Shown here piece by piece: positions 16,775 through 25,936 of a stretch of 64,000 nucleotides of DNA; positions within the stretch are counted from its first letter, which is position 1, and every line of letters starts with the position of its first letter. The stretch comes from Alphaproteobacteria bacterium (GTDB lineage Bacteria; Pseudomonadota; Alphaproteobacteria; RF32; CAG-239), in contig JAZSBR010000033.1 in NCBI GenBank assembly GCA_045602545.1, forward strand, positions 14,645 through 78,644. The letters are read 5' to 3'. Position numbers and translations under genes: made by a program. The notes below the pieces were generated by a model that saw only the letters and a list, made by a program, of their open reading frames with translations, was not told the DNA's origin and searched no databases.

Positions 16775-18124
16775 CTAATTTTCATCTGCCAAATCGGCTT
16801 TTATGCGCTGTCTTAAATCTTCAATTTTTAGACTGAGCTGTTTGTTCGGATTGCTTTGATGGGCATAAAAAAGCTGCTGCTTCGCCCCCTGAATATTGCC
16901 CAATCCGTAATTATATTCCGCCGCCGCATAATATGAATAAGCGCTGTCATCCGCCATCGCATATGCGCGTGAAAGCATTTGCCACCCGCTCAAACTCGGA
17001 CTTTTGTGTTGCTCCTGATTAAGCAGATTTATAACTTCCGACAATTCATCCTTATTCGGATTTGCCTCCAGCACCGACTGCGCCAAAGAAAGCTTTATCA
17101 ATCCGGAATTCGGCAAAAGTTTCAATGCCTGACGATATGCCGAAACGCTTTCTTTTGTCTTGCCGGTTTCAAACAAAAATTGCCCTTTTAGCTCATGAAA
17201 AAAAGGATTATTCGGCTGATTTTTTATCAAACCGTCAATTGTTTGCATGGCACGCGCCATATCGGCTTCTCTGAAATACAAAATTGCGTGCGCATATTGC
17301 GCTTCAGTTGAATTTGCTGATTTAGGATATAATCGCCAAGCTTTTGATTTATCACTCAAAAAGGCGATTATTTTTGCTTTTATGAGCTTTAATTTACCGT
17401 CTAACGGACTTTGTGCTGAAAATTTATTGCTCTTTGCCACGCTTTCAAAATGGCTTATGCGCTCGTTCGTCATCGGGTGAGTGGCAAAATATTCATTTTC
17501 TTCCATTCCGCTCAAAGCATAGCGGCGCTTGATTTTTTTCATAAATCTTTTTAAGCCCTCGGCAGATTGCTTGGTTGCACTCAAGAGTTTTACGGCGCTT
17601 TCATCGGCGCTTCGCTCTTCCTCCACCTGATGATGAAGCATGCTGTGCAAAGCCGAAGTTTGAGTTCCCAAAATCACCGCCATTGCCGCATCACCTCGCC
17701 CACTGCCGATAGCAGCCGCGCCGGCCGCCAACATTGAGCCCATCATAGCATATTGCATCTTCTTGATTTTGAGCTTTTGGCGAACAATATGCCCACCCAA
17801 AATATGTCCGGTTTCGTGCGCCAAAACTCCGGCAAGTTCATTGGTGTTATCAACTTCGGTTAATGTTCCCGTATTGATAAAAAGATAGTTGCCGTCACTG
17901 ACAAAAGCATTCAGCGAATTGTCATTAACAATTAAGATTTTATTTTCATCAAAAGGCAATCCCGCGGCCTTAAACAACGGTTGCACAACTTTTGAGAGAT
18001 AATCCGAAGTTTCTGCATCGCTGATTAAGGCAAGTTCATCAGCACAAGCGCATGGCGCCGATAAAAGCGCCGTGCTTATGCTTAAAAATATTCCGAAAAT
18101 CAGCCGATAAGCTTTTTCCACCAA
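16775..18124 (-). CDS. M48-family Zn metalloprotease with C-terminal TPR repeats (BepA/YfgC-like)
   Basis: 449 aa; signal peptide; HETGHILGGH (HExxH) motif; TPR-like helical C-terminal half. Confidence 0.7.
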   Translation of the reverse strand: MVEKAYRLIFGIFLSISTALLSAPCACADELALISDAETSDYLSKVVQPLFKAAGLPFDENKILIVNDNSLNAFVSDGNYLFINTGTLTEVDNTNELAGVLAHETGHILGGHIVRQKLKIKKMQYAMMGSMLAAGAAAIGSGRGDAAMAVILGTQTSALHSMLHHQVEEERSADESAVKLLSATKQSAEGLKRFMKKIKRRYALSGMEENEYFATHPMTNERISHFESVAKSNKFSAQSPLDGKLKLIKAKIIAFLSDKSKAWRLYPKSANSTEAQYAHAILYFREADMARAMQTIDGLIKNQPNNPFFHELKGQFLFETGKTKESVSAYRQALKLLPNSGLIKLSLAQSVLEANPNKDELSEVINLLNQEQHKSPSLSGWQMLSRAYAMADDSAYSYYAAAEYNYGLGNIQGAKQQLFYAHQSNPNKQLSLKIEDLRQRIKADLADEN

Positions 18125-20424
18125 GATTTTTTCTCCGGCTTAGGCTCTGGTTCTGTTGTGACCGGAGCCTCATTTCTGTGTTCACGGCGAAAACCGTTTT
18201 TGAAATGTCTGTTTCTTCTGTTTTTGCGGAAATAGTTATTGCGCTCGTCTTTAACATTGCCTTCATCTTGCGAATCGTAGTCATCAGTTTCATCCGGCTC
18301 ATCTTCATCAACATTATCGGCTTCATAACAAGTTGTGGCAACATCTTTTGCATTAACTTTTTTCTGAACATTTTTTTCTTTTGCGATTTTGAAATCCGAA
18401 ACATCTTTAATGCTCATATCGCCTGAAACAACAATACTTACGCCATACACTTCTTCCAAAGCCGCCAAATTGCGACGTTTTTGATTGAGTAAATAAGCCG
18501 CTGTTTCCGTCGGCGCACTGACGCTGATTTTGCAATTTTTGTTGCGAACACACTCGCCTTCCAAAGCACGCAAAACAAGCGTTGCACCTGATTCAATCGT
18601 ACGAATTACGCCATGCCCGTGGCAATACGGACAAACTTCATAATTGCTTTCAACAAAAGAAGAGTGCATTCTCTGGCGCGAAATTTCCAACAGTCCGAAA
18701 ATACTCATTTTAGCAACCTGAATGCGCGCTCTGTCGCCCTTTAAGGCTTCTTTCATTTTCTTTTCAACGGCAACATTGTTTTGCGGTTCATACATATCAA
18801 TAAAGTCAACAACCACAAGACCTGCCAAATCACGCATTTTCAGCTGTTTGGCAATTTCTTCCGCTGCTTCCAAATTTGTTTTCAAAGCGGTTTCTTCAAT
18901 GTCTTTTTCCTTTGTGGCGCGACCGGAGTTTACATCAATTGAAACAAGAGCTTCGGTCGGATTTATCACTAAATAACCGCCTGATGCCAGCTGAACAATC
19001 GGATTGTGTAATTTATCAAGCTGTGCCTCAATTTGAAAACGTTGAAATACCGGAACTTCGCCCGCTTTACGACACTTAATGTGCTTTAAGTTGTGCGGTG
19101 ACAAAACTTTAACAAACTCGCGCGCGGTTTTATAGGCTTCATCGCCGTCAATAATCACCTCGGAAATATCCTTGGTATACATATCACGCAACGCGCGCTT
19201 AATTAAGTTTCCTTCTTCATAGACCATTGCCGGCGGATTGTTGCGCAGTGCCGCATAACGAATGGCGTTCCAAGTGCGAATCAAATAGTTATAATCGCGC
19301 ACAATATCTGATTTTGTTTTATCTTCACCAGCGGTACGCACAATTAAAGACATATCATCAACAATCGGCAACTCACGCAAAATGCCTTTCAAGCGACGAC
19401 GGTCATTTGAACTGGTGATTTTGCGCGAAACACCACCGCTTTTAATGCGATTCGGCATCAAGACGCAATATCTTCCCGCCAAGGAAACATATGTTGTGCA
19501 AGCCGCACCTTTATTTCCGCGCTCTTCTTTTACTATCTGAACAAGCAAAACCTGCCCTTCTTTAATAACATCTTGAATCACGCTGCGATGATACAATTTT
19601 CTGGCTCTTAATAACTTGCGCTGAGCATCAAACGCGTGGTCATAAATTGAGGTGGCGTTTTCCATTGCCTCATCGTCTTCGTCATCGTCATCAACATCAA
19701 CCAAGTCTTCCAAAGCATCATCATCAATGCCGGTGGCATCGGCCATGGTTGTTGTTTTCTTTTTCTTTGAGGCATAAGGACGGCGACGGCGATATTTAAC
19801 TTTTTTAGCGCCGGATTCGCTCTGCTCTTGTTCAGCAACTTGTTCTTGACCTTCTTCCTGCGCCGGAATTTCTTCCTCGTCAACAGCATTGTTTTCGCTT
19901 TTCTCAGGCGGATTATTTTCCTGATTTTCCTCACTTATAACAACTGCTTCAATCTCTTCTTGTTCAGCATCAAATTCTTCCGGAAAAGCATTTTCAACCG
20001 GTTCAAGCTGAGAATCTTCAATTTGCGAAGTTTGCTCCGCCTCTAAACGACGCGCTGCTTCTTTAGCCTCTTTTTCGGCACGATAGCGCGCTTTTTGCTC
20101 TTCACGTTCTTTAATGCGATTGATTTTATTTTGGATTATTTCATTAACTTCGGCATCAACTTGCGCCAGAACTTCATCGGAAACATGATAATAATCCGGA
20201 TGAATTTCATTAAAAGCCAAAAAACCGTGTTTATTTCCGCCATAATCCACAAATGCCGCCTGCAATGACGGTTCAATTCTGATAACTTTGGCGAGATAAA
20301 TATTTCCTTTGATTTGCTTTCTGGAAGTGGATTCAAACTCCACATCTTCAACCTTATTTCCATCAACGATAACAACTCTGGTTTCTTCCGGTTGCGTATC
20401 ATCAATAAGCATTCTTTTTGTCAT
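18100..20424 (-). CDS. rne: ribonuclease E
   Basis: N-terminus MTKRMLIDDTQPEETRVVIVDGNKVEDVEFES...NIYLAKVIRIEPSLQAAFVDYG is typical of the RNase E/G S1 catalytic domain; acidic and Arg-rich C-terminal scaffold; probable start ATG 20424 (track 20493 extends into the UTR). Confidence 0.8.
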   Translation of the reverse strand: MTKRMLIDDTQPEETRVVIVDGNKVEDVEFESTSRKQIKGNIYLAKVIRIEPSLQAAFVDYGGNKHGFLAFNEIHPDYYHVSDEVLAQVDAEVNEIIQNKINRIKEREEQKARYRAEKEAKEAARRLEAEQTSQIEDSQLEPVENAFPEEFDAEQEEIEAVVISEENQENNPPEKSENNAVDEEEIPAQEEGQEQVAEQEQSESGAKKVKYRRRRPYASKKKKTTTMADATGIDDDALEDLVDVDDDDEDDEAMENATSIYDHAFDAQRKLLRARKLYHRSVIQDVIKEGQVLLVQIVKEERGNKGAACTTYVSLAGRYCVLMPNRIKSGGVSRKITSSNDRRRLKGILRELPIVDDMSLIVRTAGEDKTKSDIVRDYNYLIRTWNAIRYAALRNNPPAMVYEEGNLIKRALRDMYTKDISEVIIDGDEAYKTAREFVKVLSPHNLKHIKCRKAGEVPVFQRFQIEAQLDKLHNPIVQLASGGYLVINPTEALVSIDVNSGRATKEKDIEETALKTNLEAAEEIAKQLKMRDLAGLVVVDFIDMYEPQNNVAVEKKMKEALKGDRARIQVAKMSIFGLLEISRQRMHSSFVESNYEVCPYCHGHGVIRTIESGATLVLRALEGECVRNKNCKISVSAPTETAAYLLNQKRRNLAALEEVYGVSIVVSGDMSIKDVSDFKIAKEKNVQKKVNAKDVATTCYEADNVDEDEPDETDDYDSQDEGNVKDERNNYFRKNRRNRHFKNGFRREHRNEAPVTTEPEPKPEKKSWWKKLIG

Positions 20425-20806
20425 CTTTATAATTCCTTTTTTTAATTCCCTAAAAAAGGGAAAATTTCTCCGCGAGCACAGATAACACGGCAAGGAATAA
20501 CACCATCGGCAGTAAATCTGCCTGAAAATTTTTGGCGGTTAACAATTCCGCTATTTGCCCTATGCCGAACTAAAGTCTGCGTTTTTCTTCTTTTTTATTA
20601 AGACTTGTCCGGCAGGTTATCTTTACTCAATTTTCATTACCATAAACAGCTGATTTTCGCACGGTTTCCCTTTTATTTTCTACTCTCTGTCGGCGAAACT
20701 CAAGCCGGTAACTTTTTACACAATATAAGAATAAAATTAAATTACAACAAAAAAAGTGATTTATCGGAAATTTTTTATTTTTTTCCAGATTCTAAAGAAA
20801 AGACTA

Positions 20807-20846
20807 TTGACTTTTATTCAAAATTGCTGTACAAAATTTGTACAAA
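20807..20846 (+). promoter_or_regulatory. candidate promoter (TTGACT-N17-TACAAA) overlapped by a perfect 8-1-8 palindromic operator TGTACAAA-a-TTTGTACA (20828..20844)
   Basis: Inverted repeat read directly from sequence, 36 bp upstream of the ATG of the higher-GC gene. Confidence 0.4.
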
Positions 20847-20880
20847 TATTTTATTATTCATTCACCAAAACAATACAATT

Positions 20881-21534
20881 ATGAAAAAAAACTATGCTTC
20901 TCTGGTGCCTTTTACGGCTATCAGAAAAAATGAGTTCACGGTGTATGTGCTTCTTCAAGCCGGAAACACCGAAAAGTTAGTGCAAATGCTAAAAGATGGT
21001 CTGCTATTGTCGGCCTACTGCCTCACACTCATGGACATCTTCGGCATGAGTAAGGACGAAATCCGCGACATGGTCGCAACGGCCAAACGTGTTCAGAAAG
21101 ACACCTTCTGGTGGCTCAAGGACCGCTTCACGCTAGAGGAAATCAGCGGTCTTTTAAAGAAATGGAAGAATCGCCTGCCTAAGCGCCTCCTGACCGATGA
21201 AGAAAGGGCTGATTTAGGTATGTACAGCGTTCTTCTGAAACTTGAGCGCTATGACATCTTGGCCGAGCGTGCCCCGAAGGTGCTACTCTACCAAATTGTG
21301 CACCGAACCAAGGATATGTTTGCCTCCGCCAAGGCTTTGCTGGAGTACGACTTCAACAAGTATGCCGACTCCTTCTTTGAGAAAAGTTTGCAAGGCAGCT
21401 TCCTGGCCGTTGAGGGTGGCTGGAAATATCTGGTCAACCATGGCAAGAAGGACTTTGTCATTCAGAACATCGGCAACCAGTTTGCCAACCTTCCTCCTAA
21501 GGATGTTGTTTTGGCATACTGTGCCAACAGTTAA
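20881..21534 (+). CDS. hypothetical protein of probable foreign origin (higher GC, distinct codon usage)
   Basis: ATG 20881 (MKKNYASLVPFTAIRKNEF...); local GC near 48-50% vs about 38% flanks; frequent CTG/GCC/AAG codons unlike the rest of the window; the ORF-track start at 20605 runs through the AT-rich upstream region. Confidence 0.5.
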   Translation: MKKNYASLVPFTAIRKNEFTVYVLLQAGNTEKLVQMLKDGLLLSAYCLTLMDIFGMSKDEIRDMVATAKRVQKDTFWWLKDRFTLEEISGLLKKWKNRLPKRLLTDEERADLGMYSVLLKLERYDILAERAPKVLLYQIVHRTKDMFASAKALLEYDFNKYADSFFEKSLQGSFLAVEGGWKYLVNHGKKDFVIQNIGNQFANLPPKDVVLAYCANS

Positions 21535-21537
21535 AAA

Positions 21538-21578
21538 AAAGCACTCGGGTTTTATAACTCGGGTGCTTTTTGTTTGGC
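21538..21578. terminator. bidirectional intrinsic terminator (gcactcgggtt-ttataa-ctcgggtgc + T-run)
   Basis: 9-bp stem between convergent genes 20881..21534 (+) and 21589..24804 (-). Confidence 0.5.
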
Positions 21579-21588
21579 TTATAAATTA

Positions 21589-24500
21589 TTACTCATCGCC
21601 GAAATTTTCAAAATACCACTCTTTAAGCGAATTAGGGCTGAGCATAGAGAGCGAATTTATATCAATATCCGGATTTTCGGTGTCGCCCTCAATATCATAG
21701 GTGGCGGCAAAAATCGTTCCGTCCTTGCCCGCCAAAACATTACCGACAAGAGGAATTTTTCCCAAAAAGCGATTGACACTGTATGCCGGCGCGATAACTC
21801 CTTTAAGATTTATGCCGGTTGTGGCGCGGTTAAATGTGCCGTCAGCCGTAAGCCCCAAAACATTACCTTCTGCCTTGGCTTTTTTAAGAAGCAAAATTTT
21901 ACGATTATATTCAAACGGCGCATTAAAGTGCGTAAAAGTCAAACCATCGCCTTTAATTAAATCAATCATTCCCGTGAACGAGGCAACCGTCAAAAGTTTA
22001 GTCATGACCGGTGCGTTTTGAATGCTGAAATCACGCACAAGCGCATGCCCGATAAATTTTTTATCCTTACCGCGACGCGCTTCAATTTTCATTGTTCCGC
22101 CAACCATATTTTCATATAGGCGCAAAACCTTTAATGTGCTTCCGGCGTTGTTACTGTCAATAGAAAGATAATGCTCTCCGCCTGCTATCGGCGTATAATC
22201 CAATTTAAGCTTGATAGATTTATCTATCCCGTAATTTCCGACCATATGCACTTCTTCAAGCCCGACACCTTTTTTTAGCTGAACACTGCCGGCGAAATTT
22301 TGTATCGGGGTAGTTGCATTCGTCCAAAGGCTGTTCACATTAACAAAAATTTCTGTATTATATATATCTTCCAACCCGTCATCTTCATTGTCTTGCGAAG
22401 GATTTTTACCTTTATCCGCACCGGTATCTGCTTTATCAAAGAGAGGTATTAAGTTATAACTGCTACCGGAAACATCAACTTTAATTTTCGGATTATCGGC
22501 ATCGCTGATAGCAATTTTTGCTTTTGCCGAAGTTTTATCGCCGGTAATTTGACCGATATTAACGGTTTTAACTCTTCCGCTCGGGTGCATATCAACGTTG
22601 CCTGAAATATCAAATCCGAATTGGTGATAATTAAGGCTTTTAACCATACGCACTTTATTTTTTTCAACTTCTATAACAGCCTTCAAACTTGCCGGAACGC
22701 CGGCTTTTTTAGAAAATCCGAAATAAGGATAATTCAATTCGGTATTATTCAAATCGGCAACCGCCGAAATTTCTATTTTATCATCGGCATTAACCACCAC
22801 ATCTGCTGAAACTGAAGATTTTCCAATCATATTCGGCGCATCTAATATCGCCCAATCTATACCCAAATTTTTCTTTGCAACATTGTCTAAAACAAAGAAA
22901 ATCTTACACTTGCTTTTATACTTTTTATCCGTAAAATCCTCATCAATTTTAAGCTGAACCGGAATATCGTCATAGGTAATATCTCCGAGCAAATGCCAGC
23001 CCTTTGAATTTACCTTCAAATTCATTTCATCGGCACCGAGTTTATGTTGCGGAATGATTTTTTCAATATTAACTTTATGCAAATCAGCATTGACAACAAC
23101 CTTAATTTCTTCCGGCAACAGGTCTTGCTTTAGCTCAAAATCAAGTTTCAAATTAACATCCATATTTCCGCCGATGTCATTCGGATTTATTCCCATTTCT
23201 TTAGTAAATTCAAGCGGAGGATTATTTATCAATTTCAAGGCATCGGTTATGGATGAATTACCGGTCAAATCAATAGAAATATAGTTGTTATATTTATCCA
23301 AATCATAAATTTTTACCTTTCCGGATGTAACAATCACCCCGTCGGAAACACCTTTGTCAATATCAACGGTAATAGTGTTTTGCGTGAATTTTGCCAATCC
23401 GTAGACATCATGAACAACCGGCATTCCTTCCAGATAAAAAATATCTCCGTCATTCAAATAAGCATTGCCGTCAAGTTTCAACAAATCAAAAACTTCATTT
23501 TTTTTGTTATATCCGAAATCAAAAACAAATTTTCCGTTTTTTGCAATTCCCGATTTCAAGCTGTCTTTACACCATTCCCACGCCGGCTCGGCAAAATAAC
23601 GTGGCCAAAAACGAGGCAAATCGGAAAGCGAAAATTCTTCAATATTTGCTTCCATTTTAACAAACAAATCCTGCAGAGAATTTTCCCAAATATATGATTC
23701 CAAACCGCCGGCAGTAAAAGAAACCAAAGCCTTTTGCCCTCCGAGCTTAACCGTTGCATCTTTTATTCTCAACTCGTCAATACCGCCGGTCATCTCGCCG
23801 ACAAGTGAAAACTCATCAATATCATAGTTATATTTTTCGTCCTCGTTAAAAGCGATATGCCCGTGTCCGCCATCAAGCTCAAAACCGATTTTATCAACCG
23901 CACCACCCAAATAATCGGGAACTTCATCGGGATGAGCCAAAATATCAGCCAAAGCAATAGTAGTGTTAACTTTGCCGTTAAGCGGAATATTAAAACTCAT
24001 TGTTGCCAGATCACTTTCTTCGGTTGAAGAATTAAAGCTGTTCCAAAAATCGGAAATCGTCAAATCCGAAAAATATACTTCCAAATCAAGCTTATCATCC
24101 GCTGTGTGATATTCGCTTTCAAAACCGACGGAAGCAATTTTATCATCCAAATTAACAAGCGTATTGGCATTTGCTTTTAAGTTTATAAAATCTCGAGCAA
24201 ATTCAAAATTCAAGTCGGAAAAAAGCCACTTGCGCCCAAGCTCAACCTCATGAAGTTCTATTTCACCGTCTTTTACGGTTATGTTATTAACGAAGCTTTC
24301 CGGATATATTTTTTCTTCGGCATTGTAGTTTTTCAAAAACTCTTTAAATTTTTCAACATAGAACTGTGTTTTTTTCTTGCTGATTTCCAGCTCGCTTTTT
24401 TCTTCCAGACCATAATCGGCAAAAATATAAACGCTGGGATTTTCAACACTGATATCGCTCGGAGCAATTATACCTTTTAACAGCGCCCTAAGCGAAAATG

Positions 24501-24804
24501 AAAGATATAGTTTCGGCGCGCTGATTGAAAAAGTATCGTCTTTTTTCTTTAAGCTGATATTTTTGGCGGTAATTCTTATCGGCTGAATTGAGCGCACAAG
24601 CTCCATATTAACATCTTTTAAGCCAACCTTATATTCGCTGTCATCAAAATTAAGAGCCTGAATGATATATGGTTTTAAGTAAGGAACTGAAACCGGTCCG
24701 CGGTAAAGTGTCCAAAAAAACAACAGCACCACCAGCAACATTCCGACCACAAAATAGTCGAAAGTTTTTTTCAAAAAATAAAGCCGATGGGAAATCTTTT
24801 TCAT
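21589..24804 (-). CDS. AsmA/YhdP-like large envelope-biogenesis protein (DUF3971-type)
   Basis: 1071 aa; single N-terminal TM (FVVGMLLVVLLFFWTLY); long beta-rich periplasmic body; size and topology typical of alphaproteobacterial AsmA-family proteins. Confidence 0.5.
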   Translation of the reverse strand: MKKISHRLYFLKKTFDYFVVGMLLVVLLFFWTLYRGPVSVPYLKPYIIQALNFDDSEYKVGLKDVNMELVRSIQPIRITAKNISLKKKDDTFSISAPKLYLSFSLRALLKGIIAPSDISVENPSVYIFADYGLEEKSELEISKKKTQFYVEKFKEFLKNYNAEEKIYPESFVNNITVKDGEIELHEVELGRKWLFSDLNFEFARDFINLKANANTLVNLDDKIASVGFESEYHTADDKLDLEVYFSDLTISDFWNSFNSSTEESDLATMSFNIPLNGKVNTTIALADILAHPDEVPDYLGGAVDKIGFELDGGHGHIAFNEDEKYNYDIDEFSLVGEMTGGIDELRIKDATVKLGGQKALVSFTAGGLESYIWENSLQDLFVKMEANIEEFSLSDLPRFWPRYFAEPAWEWCKDSLKSGIAKNGKFVFDFGYNKKNEVFDLLKLDGNAYLNDGDIFYLEGMPVVHDVYGLAKFTQNTITVDIDKGVSDGVIVTSGKVKIYDLDKYNNYISIDLTGNSSITDALKLINNPPLEFTKEMGINPNDIGGNMDVNLKLDFELKQDLLPEEIKVVVNADLHKVNIEKIIPQHKLGADEMNLKVNSKGWHLLGDITYDDIPVQLKIDEDFTDKKYKSKCKIFFVLDNVAKKNLGIDWAILDAPNMIGKSSVSADVVVNADDKIEISAVADLNNTELNYPYFGFSKKAGVPASLKAVIEVEKNKVRMVKSLNYHQFGFDISGNVDMHPSGRVKTVNIGQITGDKTSAKAKIAISDADNPKIKVDVSGSSYNLIPLFDKADTGADKGKNPSQDNEDDGLEDIYNTEIFVNVNSLWTNATTPIQNFAGSVQLKKGVGLEEVHMVGNYGIDKSIKLKLDYTPIAGGEHYLSIDSNNAGSTLKVLRLYENMVGGTMKIEARRGKDKKFIGHALVRDFSIQNAPVMTKLLTVASFTGMIDLIKGDGLTFTHFNAPFEYNRKILLLKKAKAEGNVLGLTADGTFNRATTGINLKGVIAPAYSVNRFLGKIPLVGNVLAGKDGTIFAATYDIEGDTENPDIDINSLSMLSPNSLKEWYFENFGDE

Positions 24805-24822
24805 TTTGTGCCTCTTGTTTTT

Positions 24823-25936
24823 TTAAGATTTCTCCGTTTCTTGCAGATTTTGCGAAAGAGCAGCAGCTAAAAACATATCAATATCACCGTCCAAGACGCC
24901 TTTGCAATCGGCGGTTTCCGCATCGGTGCGCAAATCTTTAATCAGCCGATAAGGTTGCAAAACATAGGAACGAATCTGATATCCCCAGCCGTTATCGCCC
25001 TGATTATCACGCGCTTCTTGCGCAATGTCCGCTCTTTTTTGCATTTCTCTTTCATACAAACGCGCTTTCAACATTTTCCAGCAGTTATCACGGTTTTGAA
25101 ACTGCGAGCGTTGAGTTTGGCTTGAAACAACAATACCGGTCGGAATATGAGTAATGCGCACCGCCGAATCGGTTTTGTTGATGTGCTGACCGCCGGCACC
25201 TGAGGCGCGATATGTATCAATACGGCAATCCGCCTCATTTATCACAATATCAATATTATCATCAACCACCGGATAAACACCGACTGAAGCAAAGCTGGTA
25301 TGGCGTCTGGCGGCGCTGTCAAACGGCGAAATGCGCACCAAGCGATGAACTCCGCTTTCTTTTTTCAGCCAACCGTAGGCATTGTGTCCGTTTATTCTGA
25401 TTGTGACGGACTTTATGCCGGCAACATCGCCTTCCGTTTCTTCAATATATTCTGTTTTATAGTGATGATTTTCCGCCCAACGTGTGTACATTCTCAAGAG
25501 CATCTGCGCCCAATCCATTGCTTCGGTACCACCGCTTCCGGCATGAATTTCCAAATATGTATCATTTGCATCGGCTTCACCGCTCAAAAGCGCTTCTAAT
25601 TTTGCGTGATTAACTTCTGTTTGCAAATTGCTCAAATTTTCAAACAACTCAGAAAGCATTGCCTCATCATTTTCGGCTTCGGCAAACTCTTCCATTTCTT
25701 CATATTCTTGAACAGAGCGAACAAAACCTTCATATTTATCAAGTTTTTCTTCCAAAATATTTTTTTCGCTCATCAATTTTTGGGCTTTTTCCTGATTATC
25801 CCAAAGGTGCGGGTCAGAGGCAAGCGCGTTCAGCTCCTCTCGGCGCATAACGGCATTGTCATAGTCAAAGAGACCTCCTCAGCAGTTCAATAACCTGCTT
25901 AATTTCTTCAAATTTATTATAAAATTCTGCTTTCAT
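24823..25936 (-). CDS. prfB: peptide chain release factor 2 with programmed +1 ribosomal frameshift
   Basis: Frame-0 start ATG (complement 25934-25936) encodes MKAEFYNKFEEIKQVIELLRRSL then CTT-TGA-C (25864-25870), preceded by an internal AGGAGG (25874-25879) 3 nt upstream; the +1 frame continues DYDNAVMRREELNALASDPHLWDN...SGAGGQHINKTDSAVRITHIPTG (GGQ motif), equivalent to E. coli RF2 LRGYL-DYDAKKERLEE. Confidence 0.8.

Noticed and set aside
21242-21700. 152-aa alternative-frame ORF overlapping the higher-GC gene and the terminator
   Set aside because: Higher-GC DNA gives long spurious ORFs in other frames; it crosses a clear terminator hairpin and the start of the convergent gene
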